A DNA stretch of 64,000 bases from an uncultured Candidatus Rokubacteria bacterium (GCA_963708025.1 CAVPSB010000018.1:224001-288000), one strand, 5' to 3'; positions 39,367 through 48,910 are shown, counted from the stretch's first letter. Notes: generated from the letters alone by a model not told the origin. Numbers and translations are program-made.

Positions 39367-41752
39367 GCGGCGAACAGCCTCGCCTTGGTCTCGCGAAGGA
39401 TGTCGGCCGGTCTCCCGAGGGCCCTCAGGGCTGCCAGGCCGCCGGCGCGGATGACCTCGGGTGTCTCGAAGATCTGCGGGTTCTCCAGACCGTCGGTGCC
39501 GCCGCGGGCGAACTGGGAGGCGAGCGCTCGCAGCGTGGCTGCGGTGCCGTCGGGCAGGGACGCGAGCCAGGCGGCGTGCTTGTAGGTGAAGGCGTCGGCG
39601 CGGGCGACACGCGTTCGCGGAGCGAGGCCGTAGCCCAGCTCGGCGAGCACGTCGTAGAGGTCGTAGTCGGTCATGTCCTCGAGCGCCCGGCACCAGGAAG
39701 GGCGAGCGGCCGGCGTCGGGCAGCTTGCCGAGCAGCGCCCGTCGGTCTGGGGGTGCGATCCAGCAGCCGCGGAAGGCTTCGAGCGTCGGGGCCTCCTCGA
39801 CGAGCTTCGCGGCGAGGCGCTCCTTGTATTCCTCGACGGTGACCGGCTGGGCCTTGCCGTCCACCGTCGTCACGATGTAGCGCCCGGCGTCGGTGACGCG
39901 GACGTCGAACCCCTCGACCAGGAGCGTCCGCTCCGGCGGCTCGGGCGGCGTGGCAACCGCCGCCCTCGCCCGGCGTTCGAGGCGGCGTCGCCTTCGTGAC
40001 GGAACTCCTCGCCGAAGAGGCGCGTCGCGTCGGTGTAGTCGTACACGCGGAACATCAGCTTGCCGGTCGGCGGGTCGAGGCGCGTCCCGCGGCCGACCAT
40101 CTGGTAGAAGGCGATCGGGCGAGCGGACGTACTTGAAGAAGACGATGTTGCGGACGCAGGGCACGTCCACGCCGGTGGTCAGCAGGTCCACGGTGGTGGC
40201 GATGAAATGGTGGCGCGAGGCGCCGCGCAGATCGGGCAGGTAGTCGGCGCCGTCGCTCGCGGCCGTGCACTTGAAGGCGTAGGGGTCGAGCCGCGGCCGA
40301 CCGTTCGCCGCGCACCACGCGGCGTAGAGGTTGTTCAGGGCGATGGCGACGTCGTCGGCGTGGCGGTCACGGGCGCAGAAGATGATCGTCTTCTGCTCCG
40401 GTCCGCCGGTCGCGATCAGGTGCTCGAAGAGGTCGCGGCACATGGCGGCGACCCGCTCGGGCAGGAGCAGCCGGTCCTCGAAGCTGTGGGCCTCGTAGTG
40501 CTCGCGCGCGCGGTCCGCGCCGAGCAGCTCGCCGGTAGTCGCGTCGACGATCGATCTTCTCGGCGAGGTCTCCTTGATCGATCCCGCTCGCGCGCTCGCT
40601 GACGCGGCTTGTCGTCGAGGAAGATGTCGCGCCGGACGATCTCGCAGGCCGCCAGGTAGCCGTCGTCGATCCCCTGGCTCATGTCGTACTCGTAGACCGG
40701 CTCGCCGAAGTGCCGGAGGTTGTCGGCGCTGACCTGGCGATCGGCCTCCGCCTCCCGGCTCCGCTCGGTGCACCTCGAGCTTCCGGGGCGTGGCGGTGAG
40801 GCCGACCTGCACGGCGTTCGGGGTTCCGGGTCAGGACCTGCGACCACTTGCCCCAGGCCGAGCGGTGGCACTCGTCGATGACGATGTGGCTGAAGTAGTT
40901 CTCCGGGTAGTGCCGGATCAGGAAGTTGGCATCGGCTTCGTCGGTGTCGACGTCGAGGGTCTGGTAGGTCGCGACGAGAATCCGGGCGTTCTTCTGCGGG
41001 ATTGGCGCCGGACACCTCGGCGGCGTCGGAGCCGAAGGCGTCGCGTGGAAGGCGCCGAGCCCCTGCGTGCGCAGCTCGTCGCGGTCGCAGACGAAGAGGG
41101 CGCGACGGAGCTGGCCGGCGTCGGCGATGCGCCGGAGCAGGTTGACGGCGATGAAGGTCTTGCCGGAGCCGGTGGCCAGGGAGAGAAGGGCGCGCTTCTC
41201 GCCGCGGGCGAGCTTCTCGAGGACCGCGCGGATCGCGGCGTCCTGGTAGTAGCGTCGGGTGGCTTCGCCGCCGGGGTAGCGCGTGAGGAGCGGGCGGGCC
41301 GCGGGCGATTCCGAGGCCGAAGCCCATGCCCTGCTCGTATCGGGCGCGCAGATCGGCCGGCGTGGGGAACTCGGCGAGCGGCGCGCGGCGCGTGCGTGAG
41401 CCCGGTGAAGCGGTCGAACTCCACGAACCGGTGTCCGTTGGAGGCGAAGACGAACGGGACGTTCAGACGCTTGCAGCGCCGAGTAGAGCTTTCCCTGCTC
41501 CAGCCCGTGCGCCGGCGGCAGGTGCTCCGCCTTGGCCTCGATGAGGGCGACCGCGACCGGCTGGGTGTCGGGATTGACCTTGACCCGGAGAGTGTAGTCC
41601 ACCCGTCCACGGGCCTGCCGTCGGGGCCGGCCGTCGACGATCTCGATCGCGCCGGCGGTCTCCTCGCGGCGGACCAAGTCCTCCGTCCAGCCGCGCGCGT
41701 GCAGGGCTGGATCGATGAGCTTGGCCCTGGTGTCCGCTTCCCCGAGCGGCAT
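39363..41752 (-). pseudogene. hsdR: Type I RM restriction subunit, multiply frameshifted
   Basis: EADTRAKLIDP, IEAK nuclease motif, RYYQDAAI, LATGSGKT, IDECHRS, GLTATP, LLTTGVDVP, MVGRGTR, YDLYDVL. Confidence 0.9.
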
Positions 41753-41895
41753 GCGGGGCGATTATAGACGACGGGGACCTCGGTCCCAAATGGGCGGAGA
41801 ATGCCTGGCCAAGCGCAGGTTTGGGCCCCCGGACTGCTTGACGGGGCCAGGGGCGTGTGGTCTCATGCCCTGCACACAGGAGGCCGAATCGGGGC

Positions 41896-42531
41896 ATGGC
41901 CGGCAGGGGGGTGCGCGGCTGGTTCAAGGTCCGCTTCATCACCGGCTTCTTCGTCACGGTCCCGGTGGTTGTCACCTCCTACGTCCTCTGGATCTTCTAC
42001 AGCGAGGTCAACGGCTTCCTCTCTCCCGTCTACGAGCAGATCCTGGGCCGGCACGTCCCGGCGCTGGGCTTCCTGACCGCGGTGGTCATCATCTTCTGCG
42101 TGGGGATCATCGCGACCAACGTCGTCGGGCGCCGCGTGCTCTACTGGGCGGAGCGGCTGCTACGCCGGGTGCCGATCTTCGGGCGGGTCTACCCGGCGGT
42201 GAAGGACCTGATCGAGGCCTTCTCGCCCCAGCGGCGGAGCGGCTTCCGGGAGTTCGTCATCGTCGAGCACCCGAGGGAAGGGATCTACACCTACGGGTTC
42301 CGGACCGGCGAGGTCCGGGTGGAGGCGGCCAAGCCGGAGCCGCTGGTGACCGTGTACGTGCCGACGAACCACCTCTACCTCGGCGACATCATCCTTGTCC
42401 CCCGGAGCGGCGTCCTGCCGACAGGCCTGTCGATCGAGGAAGGCATCCGGATCATCCTCTCCGCCGGCACCGCCGCCCCACGCCGGATCCCCAGCCCGGG
42501 GGTCGGGGAATCCGACGTCGGCCCCAAGTGA
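41896..42531 (+). CDS. DUF502 family membrane protein
   Basis: FITGFFVTVP, RVPIFGRVY, VEHPR, VYVPT, SIEEGIRIILSAG. Confidence 0.88.
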   Translation: MAGRGVRGWFKVRFITGFFVTVPVVVTSYVLWIFYSEVNGFLSPVYEQILGRHVPALGFLTAVVIIFCVGIIATNVVGRRVLYWAERLLRRVPIFGRVYPAVKDLIEAFSPQRRSGFREFVIVEHPREGIYTYGFRTGEVRVEAAKPEPLVTVYVPTNHLYLGDIILVPRSGVLPTGLSIEEGIRIILSAGTAAPRRIPSPGVGESDVGPK

Positions 42532-42581
42532 GCTAGAATGGGCCGGAAGCGACGCGACCGATCCCCAAGGAGTCCCCACCG

Positions 42582-43106
42582 ATGAAGTTCCTCTGCATCG
42601 CGTGCGACGAAGCGATGAGGCTCACGTCCACCGCCGGCCCCGACGAGGGGTCGCTGACCGTGACGTTCGCCTGTCCCGCGTGTCACCACCGGGTCGCCAT
42701 GCTGACCAACCCCTGGGAGACCCAGCTCGTCCGGACGCTCGGGGTGAAGGTGGGCGGCCGGGCCACCGAGGCGGCGCCGTTCGAGCAGGTCCGCTCGAGC
42801 CTGGTCCGCCAGCGGGACGCCGCCTTCGTGGAGGAGGCGGTGGGACCCGGGCCGCTGGCGGGCGTCGACGCCGAGGGACCGGGCTGCCCGTTCGCGGCGA
42901 TGATCCCGGGCGCCGGCACGGCCGGTGGCGAGGCCGCGCCGGCGGGCCCCGAGTGGACGCCGGAGGCGGCCGCCCGGATCGAGCGCATCCCCACGTTCAT
43001 CCGGCCGATGGCCCGGCAGGCGATCGAGCGCTTCGCGCGGGATCGCGGCTACCCCACGATCACCGACGCGGTGATGGATGAGGCCCGCACCTCCATGGGC
43101 ATGTAG
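42582..43106 (+). CDS. Zn-ribbon protein with C-terminal PCP-reductase-like domain
   Basis: CIACD..CPAC; WTPEAAARIERIPTFIRPMARQAIE. Confidence 0.8.
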   Translation: MKFLCIACDEAMRLTSTAGPDEGSLTVTFACPACHHRVAMLTNPWETQLVRTLGVKVGGRATEAAPFEQVRSSLVRQRDAAFVEEAVGPGPLAGVDAEGPGCPFAAMIPGAGTAGGEAAPAGPEWTPEAAARIERIPTFIRPMARQAIERFARDRGYPTITDAVMDEARTSMGM

Positions 43107-43386
43107 AGCCGCGGCCGATGACCCGTCGCAACTTCCAACCCGGTCGTGACGCGCTCGGTCTGTGCCGTTCGGACGGCCTTCGGCCTTTGGGCGTCCGTCC
43201 CGACCTCGGGGCGTCCTCCATCCCGGCCGCGGCGCGCTCGGCCTGCGGCCTCGCGTCCGCCGCGGCCTCTGGGGCCCGCGCCCGATATCCTCGAGCTACC
43301 AGGGCGTACGTCTCCGGTAGGCGCGGGCCTGCTTCGATCGGACGGCCTTCGGCCTGTGGGGGCCGCTCGCTCCTCGGCCTCGGCTC
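43106..43386 (+). repeat. Family A repeat, long diverged copy 4 between convergent genes
   Basis: GATGAC..GTCGCAAC..GGTCGTGACGCGCTCGG..CGTCCGTCCCGACC; two X modules; ends GAGCCGCGGCCGA/TCGGCCTCGGCTC. Confidence 0.78.
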
Positions 43387-43579
43387 AGTGCTTCAGGCGG
43401 CCGTGGCGGGCGTATTGCTTGTGGCAACGCTGGCAGCGTAGCCAGCCGTGCTCGACCCGCCGCACGATCCAGCCGCAATGGGGGCAGAGCTGGAGCCATC
43501 TTCCCCAGGCGAGCCAGAGTCCCGCTGCGACGGCACCAGCCAGGAGCAACGCGGCGACCGCCACGATGCCGCCGGTCAT
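43385..43579 (-). CDS. Small membrane-anchored Zn-ribbon protein
   Basis: N-terminal TM, CPHC..CQRC. Confidence 0.65.
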   Translation of the reverse strand: MTGGIVAVAALLLAGAVAAGLWLAWGRWLQLCPHCGWIVRRVEHGWLRCQRCHKQYARHGRLKH

Positions 43580-43582
43580 GAC

Positions 43583-44422
43583 CTAGGGCTCGTCGTCTCC
43601 CTGCAAGGCGGCGTCCACCAGGCGAAAGGGAGCCTGAGCCCAGGTGGGCGGCCGGTCGGCCAGGAGCAACGCGCGGAAGGCGGTCAGGGCCGGTCCGGGC
43701 TCGATCTCGGGATTCCCATCGAGGGCTGCCAGGAGCTGCTCCGGCTCCTCGTAGGCCCAGCGGCTGACCCGGGCCACCGTCCCGAAGAAGCGGCGCACCT
43801 TCCGCTCCGCCGCCCGCTCGATCAGCGGCCGTGACAGCGCGGCCAGCACGTCGGCCAGGCCACCGAGGATCGGCGTGTCGATCCGGACGTGACCGGTCAG
43901 GGTCTGCTCGACGACCGTGCCGCCGGTCTCGGTCACCTCGTGGTGATACTCGAGCAGGATGAGGAGCTGGCCCTCGATCGTGGGGACGTGCCGCCGGTCG
44001 TACCGCCCCGCCAGGTGATAGAGACGGCGGTGGTCGTCGGCGTACAGGACGTGGATCGTCCCCGTCGCTCCCCGGTTGTCGTCGCCACGATAGCCGTCCT
44101 CGAAGGGCGTGACCCGGTACTCGCCCACCCGCAGGGCCCGCGCCACGCTGGCGGCGAAATCGGGGTGGTCGAGCAGGAAGACGTACACGGCCTCCCGACT
44201 CGGGAACCGGATGCCGCTGACCCGCTGGGCGAAGGCGCTCCGGGCCAGGACGGCTTCGGCCCGGGCCCGGGCGGGGCCGGGCAGCTCGCTGGTCGGGATC
44301 GGGAGCGGCAACGCATCGAGGGTGACGACCGGCAGCGGAAGCTCCTCGGGCTCGGTGACCCCGGGCCGCGGCATCGCGGTGAGGACGATCAGCAGGCCGA
44401 GCGCGACCAGGCGCCGCCGCAT
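43583..44422 (-). CDS. Hypothetical secreted protein
   Basis: Signal-like N-terminus, coding-like composition. Confidence 0.7.
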   Translation of the reverse strand: MRRRLVALGLLIVLTAMPRPGVTEPEELPLPVVTLDALPLPIPTSELPGPARARAEAVLARSAFAQRVSGIRFPSREAVYVFLLDHPDFAASVARALRVGEYRVTPFEDGYRGDDNRGATGTIHVLYADDHRRLYHLAGRYDRRHVPTIEGQLLILLEYHHEVTETGGTVVEQTLTGHVRIDTPILGGLADVLAALSRPLIERAAERKVRRFFGTVARVSRWAYEEPEQLLAALDGNPEIEPGPALTAFRALLLADRPPTWAQAPFRLVDAALQGDDEP

Positions 44423-44568
44423 GGGGTCACCTTAGCACACGCCTTCCCACACGCGCTTTGCCAATCTTGACGCCTCGTTCTCGACTTTGTTAAAGTGGGC
44501 CACCTCGCGAGAGCCGGTCGGGCGAGGCCGCCGTCGCGGCCACTCGTGATGCAGGGAGGGCGTCGTCG

Positions 44569-44841
44569 ATGACGAAAGCCGAGCTGGTCACCAAGATGGC
44601 GGCCGCGTCCGGGGTGACCAAGGTCGCCGCCGAGAAGGCCCTCCAGGGCTGCCTCGCGAGCATCCGTGGGAGCCTCAAGAGAGGAGAGGCCGTGACGCTC
44701 GTCGGCTTCGGCACCTTCAAGGTGGGCCGGCGCAAGCCACGCAAGGGCCGCAATCCGAGGACCGGCCAGCTCATCACCATCGCCGCGGCGAAGGTCCCGC
44801 GGTTCCGCCCTTCCCGGGCCCTCAAGAACGCCCTCCGTTGA
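44569..44841 (+). CDS. hup: HU family DNA-binding protein
   Basis: MTKAELV, LVGFGTF, GRNPRTG, PRFRP. Confidence 0.95.
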   Translation: MTKAELVTKMAAASGVTKVAAEKALQGCLASIRGSLKRGEAVTLVGFGTFKVGRRKPRKGRNPRTGQLITIAAAKVPRFRPSRALKNALR

Positions 44842-45806
44842 ATCCCGTGAGTGACCGGACCCCCGAGACGCCTGTGAGCACCGGACTCCGCCCATCGGGC
44901 CTTCGCGCTGCCCTCCTCGCCGCGCTCCTCCTCTGCGTGCCGGCGGTCTCCGGAGCCCAGTCGGCCTCGCCGGGCCTGACGGCCAGCGCCGGCGTGCTCC
45001 TCGATCTCGCCACCGGCCAGGTGCTCTACGCGAAGAACGCCGAAGAGGACCGAGCGCCGGCCAGCCTGGTCAAGATGATGACCCTGTTCCTCGCCTACGA
45101 AGACCTCCGGTCCGGCAAGGTGACCCTCGCCGACCCGGCCGTCATCAGCCAGAATGCCGAGCACACGCCACGCTACCGGATGGGCCTGGTCGCGGGGCAG
45201 GTCGTGCCGTTCGAGATCCTGCTGGCCGGCGTCGCCATCGCCTCGGCGAACGACGCGGCGACGGCGGTCGCCGAGCACCTGAGCGGAAGCGAAGAGGCCT
45301 TCGTGGATCGCATGAACGCGGCCGCCGGCGAGATGGGCCTGGTCCATACCCACTTCGCCAACCCCCACGGCCTGCCCGACCCCCGACAGCGGACCACCGC
45401 CCACGAGATGGCCGTGCTGGCCCAGCAGCTTCTCCGCGAGTACCCGGAGAGCCGCGAGGTCCTGGGCCAGACCGCGTTCACGTGGCGGAGCCGGCTCTAC
45501 CAGCGGCGGATCCCGCTCTTCCGGGATCCCGGCGGCGTGGACGCGCTCAAGACCGGGTTCACGCTGGAGGCGGGCTACAACCTGACCGTGGCGGCGGGGA
45601 AGGCCGGTCACCGCCTGCTCTGCGTCATCCTCGGCGCCGAGACGCGCGGGCTGTCCTTCCTGGATGCCGGGCGCCTCCTGAAGTTCGGGTTCGGCGAGCC
45701 GGTCAAGGAGGTGAGGCGGCCGCCGCGTCGCTGGCGTCTGCGCGGCGGACCGGCGGCGGCCACCAAGCCGGTTCCCCGGGCCGTCTCGCGGCCGGCGGGG
45801 CGCTAG
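44838..45806 (+). CDS. D-alanyl-D-alanine carboxypeptidase (peptidase S11)
   Basis: PASLVK (SxxK), SAND (SxN), KTG, FANPHGL. Confidence 0.92.
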   Translation: MNPVSDRTPETPVSTGLRPSGLRAALLAALLLCVPAVSGAQSASPGLTASAGVLLDLATGQVLYAKNAEEDRAPASLVKMMTLFLAYEDLRSGKVTLADPAVISQNAEHTPRYRMGLVAGQVVPFEILLAGVAIASANDAATAVAEHLSGSEEAFVDRMNAAAGEMGLVHTHFANPHGLPDPRQRTTAHEMAVLAQQLLREYPESREVLGQTAFTWRSRLYQRRIPLFRDPGGVDALKTGFTLEAGYNLTVAAGKAGHRLLCVILGAETRGLSFLDAGRLLKFGFGEPVKEVRRPPRRWRLRGGPAAATKPVPRAVSRPAGR

Positions 45807-45855
45807 CTAGGTCCTTTGAAGCGCCAGAAGTAAGGCAGACGAGTGAAGTTCTTGG

Positions 45856-46033
45856 GGGCGGGGCCGAGGAGCGAGCAGCGCTAGGACGCAGGGAGTCGCC
45901 GACCGCAGGCGTACTCTCAGTACGCCGAGGATCGGCGACGACCGAGGACGACCATGGGTCGGGACGGCCGCGAGGCCGCAGGCCGAGCGCGTCCCGGCCG
46001 AGATGAACGTTGCGACGCTCATCGGCCCCGCCC
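45856..46033 (-). repeat. Family A repeat, copy 5 (no X module)
   Basis: Ends GGGCGGGGCCGA / TCGGCCCCGCCC; full core. Confidence 0.9.
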
Positions 46034-46034
46034 G

Positions 46035-46397
46035 CTAGTCGTCGGGTCGGGCGTATTCCGGCTCGACCGACGACCTCACGACCCGTCCTTCCCCGTCGAG
46101 GTAGACCAGGATCCGGTCGTAGCGATCGAGCCGGTCGTTGCCGTCCCCGCCGTAGTAGCGGGACGGGTTGACCTCGACCGCGACCCGGCGCCGGTATACG
46201 AGCACCTCGCCCACGTCGGAGGCCCGCACCTCGACGGGGGAGCCGAACCGGGCGATGACCTCGTCGCGGGTGGTCGCGGTGCCGGGCGGGTCCTGAACGG
46301 TGAGGAGCGGAGGCTCGCGGAGGGGGACGAAAGCCTGGCAGGCGGTGAGCACCGCCGGCAGGGCGAGCCGGCCAACCAGTCGGGCGAATGCTCTCAT
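46035..46397 (-). CDS. Putative lipoprotein (SmpA/BamE-like)
   Basis: Lipobox LTAC, TRDEVIARFGSP, VYLDGEGRV. Confidence 0.72.
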   Translation of the reverse strand: MRAFARLVGRLALPAVLTACQAFVPLREPPLLTVQDPPGTATTRDEVIARFGSPVEVRASDVGEVLVYRRRVAVEVNPSRYYGGDGNDRLDRYDRILVYLDGEGRVVRSSVEPEYARPDD

Positions 46398-46639
46398 GCG
46401 CCTACCCTGCGCCGTGACGGTCGAACCCATCGCATCGCGATGTGCACGGCATAGCCCTCGGCGTCTTCAGCGGTCTGAAAGGTGCGGTCGTCGGGGTCAC
46501 CGAGCGGCCGCTCGCGGCCGCCGCCAGGGAGCGGGACCCGGACGACGGCGTGCGCCGCCCACTCGCCGTCCTCGGACTCGGCCACGGGGACGGCGTGGGC
46601 GTTGATCTGATGCCCCTTGTACGTGACGTTCCGGGCCAC
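46394..46639 (-). CDS. Small hypothetical protein
   Basis: YKGHQI..TFQTAEDAEGYAVHIAMRWV; ATGA overlap with the lipoprotein gene. Confidence 0.6.
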   Translation of the reverse strand: MARNVTYKGHQINAHAVPVAESEDGEWAAHAVVRVPLPGGGRERPLGDPDDRTFQTAEDAEGYAVHIAMRWVRPSRRRVGA

Positions 46640-46701
46640 GGCGGGGCCATTGTACGGGTTCGAGCCGGCCGAGGCAAGGCAACGGCGCGACGGAGGAGTC
46701 G

Positions 46702-47364
46702 ATGCACGTCCGGGCGCTCCTGTTCGACGCATACGGCACCCTCTTCGACGTCCACTCGGTGGTCGCCGCGGGCCGCGCGATCACCGCGGATCCCCGGGCC
46801 CTGTCCGAGCTGTGGCGGGCCAAGCAGCTCGAGTACACCTGGCTCCGCACGCTCATGGGCCGCTACGAGGACTTCTGGGCGGTCACCGAGGCGGCGCTGA
46901 CCTTCGCCTGCCGCCGCCTGGGTCTCGCGGCCGGGCCTGCCGAGCGCGCCCGGCTCATGGAGGCGTACCTCGCCCTCGACCCGTTTCCCGAGGTCCGGGT
47001 CGTGCTCGAGCGGCTCCGGGACCTGCCGTGCGGCATCCTCTCGAACGGCGCGCCGCGGATGCTGGAGGCGGCGGTGTCGCACGCCGGTCTCGGCCCTCAC
47101 CTGCGGGCGGTGATCAGCGTCGATGCCGTCCGGCTCTTCAAGCCGACTCCCCAGGTCTACGCGCTCGGCCCGGACCGGCTCGGCGTGCCGAAGGAGGCGA
47201 TTGGCTTCGTCTCCTCGAACTGCTGGGACGTGGTGGGGGCCAAGGCCTACGGCTTCCAGGTCGTGTGGGTCAACCGAGGACGGGCCCCGCTCGAGGAGCT
47301 GGGCGTCCACCCCGACCTGGAGGTGGACGACCTCGAGGGCCTGGCGCGCGCCCTCGGCCGCTGA
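46702..47364 (+). CDS. Haloacid dehalogenase type II
   Basis: FDAYGTLFDV, WRAKQLEY, LSNG, FKP, SSNCWDV. Confidence 0.93.
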   Translation: MHVRALLFDAYGTLFDVHSVVAAGRAITADPRALSELWRAKQLEYTWLRTLMGRYEDFWAVTEAALTFACRRLGLAAGPAERARLMEAYLALDPFPEVRVVLERLRDLPCGILSNGAPRMLEAAVSHAGLGPHLRAVISVDAVRLFKPTPQVYALGPDRLGVPKEAIGFVSSNCWDVVGAKAYGFQVVWVNRGRAPLEELGVHPDLEVDDLEGLARALGR

Positions 47365-47399
47365 CGAACCGTGCTACGGTGAGGGCCCTGAAGGAATCC

Positions 47400-47527
47400 A
47401 GTCCTTCCGGCCCCCCTCCCCCCGGTGCCCGCCGGAGGGACGGGACGTCGCGAGGGCTGTAGGCCCGAGCCGTCCTGGCGATCCGGTCAATTGGGAGGGG
47501 GGTTGGGGGGTGGGCGGGAGGTCCCGA
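47400..47527 (+). repeat. Family C repeat, copy 4 (in leader of merB-like gene)
   Basis: Ends GGGAGGGGGGTTGGGGGGTGGGCGGGAGGTCCCGA. Confidence 0.82.
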
Positions 47528-48184
47528 ACGGAGCTGACGATCAAGACCGCCGACGAGCTGGTGGACCCCGCGCTCGAGGCCCGGCTGGTGGCGCGGCGGG
47601 CCAGGCGTCAGGATCCTGCCCTGCAAGCGATCCTGCGCCTGTTCCTCGATCGCGGCGGCCCGGTTGGCGCCGATGCGATCGCGGCGGCGGTACCCGGTCG
47701 CCCTCGCGACGCCGTGCTCGCCACGCTGGCCGAGCTGGACGCCGAGGACCTGATCCTGCTGGGCGACGGTGGGGTCGAGCTGGCCTACCCGCTCGCCACC
47801 GGTCCCAACCCCTTCGCGGTGGCCTTCGCCGACGGGCGGCTGCGCTACGCCTGCTGCGCGATCGACGCCCTCGGCATCCCCGCGATGGTCCGGCAGCCGG
47901 TGGCGATCCGCTCCCGGTGCCACCACTGCGAGGCGCCGCTCCACTTCCCGGTCGACCCGACCGGCCCCGGTCGCGCCGCCGACGGCGTCATGGTCTGGGT
48001 CGGCGCGTGGGGAGCGCGCACGCAGAAGGTGTGCACCTCCCTCTGAACGGTCCTGAACTTCTTCCGGTCGGAAGAGCACCTGCGAGCCTGGCGGCGCGAG
48101 AATCCGGACGTGCCCGGAGCCGCCGCGACGGTCGCCGAGGCGTTCCGGCTGGGCCAACGTATCTTCGGCGACCTCCTCACCTGA
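47528..48184 (+). CDS. merB: MerB-like organomercurial/organometal lyase, probable selenoprotein (in-frame TGA 48044-48046); start codon uncertain
   Basis: [13 protein letters not shown] (Cys/Asp catalytic pair), IRSRCHHC, then [31 protein letters not shown] in the same frame. Confidence 0.85.
48047..48076 (+). promoter_or_regulatory. Putative bacterial SECIS element
   Basis: Stem TTCTTCC (48059-48065)/GGAAGAG (48070-48076), loop GGTC, starting 12 nt after the TGA. Confidence 0.68.
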
Positions 48185-48209
48185 GCGTGTGCTAACCAAG
48201 AATCCGGTC

Positions 48210-48293
48210 GTCCGGCCCCCCTCCCCCCGCCAGAGGCCGAAGGCCGTCGCGATGGTGGGGGAGGGGGGTTGGGGGGTGGGCGGGAGGTCCCGA
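48210..48293 (+). repeat. Family C repeat, copy 5
   Basis: TCCGGCCCCCCTCCCCCCG..GGCCGAAGGCCGTC..GGGAGGGGGGTTGGGGGGTGGGCGGGAGGTCCCGA. Confidence 0.82.
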
Positions 48294-48297
48294 TAAA

Positions 48298-48910
48298 TCA
48301 GGACCTGGCGGCGCGCCGGACGGCGGCGTCGCGCAGCCCGCCGAGCGCCGAGATGGTGCCCCGCCGCTCGAAGTAACCGGCCATCGGCTGCCAGCCGGTG
48401 GGGATCGAGCCCATGGCGTAGACGACGAGAGTGCCGCCGTCCTCGGGGACGAGCTGCCAGAAGCCCCAGTTGTCCTCCCAGAGGTCGTTCTCCCGTGTCG
48501 TGTCGAGCCGCCAGGCGAGGATGTGGTCGAACCGGCTGGAGACGATAGCGCATGTGGTAGCGGAAGCTGAAGGGCCCGAACTTGCCCTCGTTCCGGATGA
48601 CCCACGCCTCCGCGCTCTCCTCCAGCACCTCCACGGTCCGGAGCCCGGGGAAGATCTTGGGGTAGCGCGTCGGCTCGGTCAGGATCGCCCACACGGGCTC
48701 GGGGCCCGTCGGCACCCGGATGAACGACACCGCGCCCCGCGCGCCGGATACCGGGACGCCGTCGCGCGGTGGCGGGCCGTCGCGATAGACCACCTCGCCC
48801 CGGGTGAGTCGCTGCCGCTCGTCGGCCGAGAGCGCGGGTGGCGGGGCGCCGGTCGCCGGTCCGAGCAGGAGCTGCGACGGCCAGCGCCGCGATCACGACG
48901 GCGCTCGCAT
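48298..48910 (-). pseudogene. SRPBCC/START-like secreted protein, frameshifted
   Basis: Fragments ERQRLTRGEVV, PEPVWAILTEPTRYPKIFP and NDLWEDNWGFWQL lie in different frames. Confidence 0.65.

Noticed and set aside
38539-40812. Apparent HsdR-TIGR02391 fusion (757 aa)
   Set aside because: Produced by hsdR frameshifts; the real HsdR C-terminus ends at 39363 and the next gene starts at the overlapping GTG 39366.
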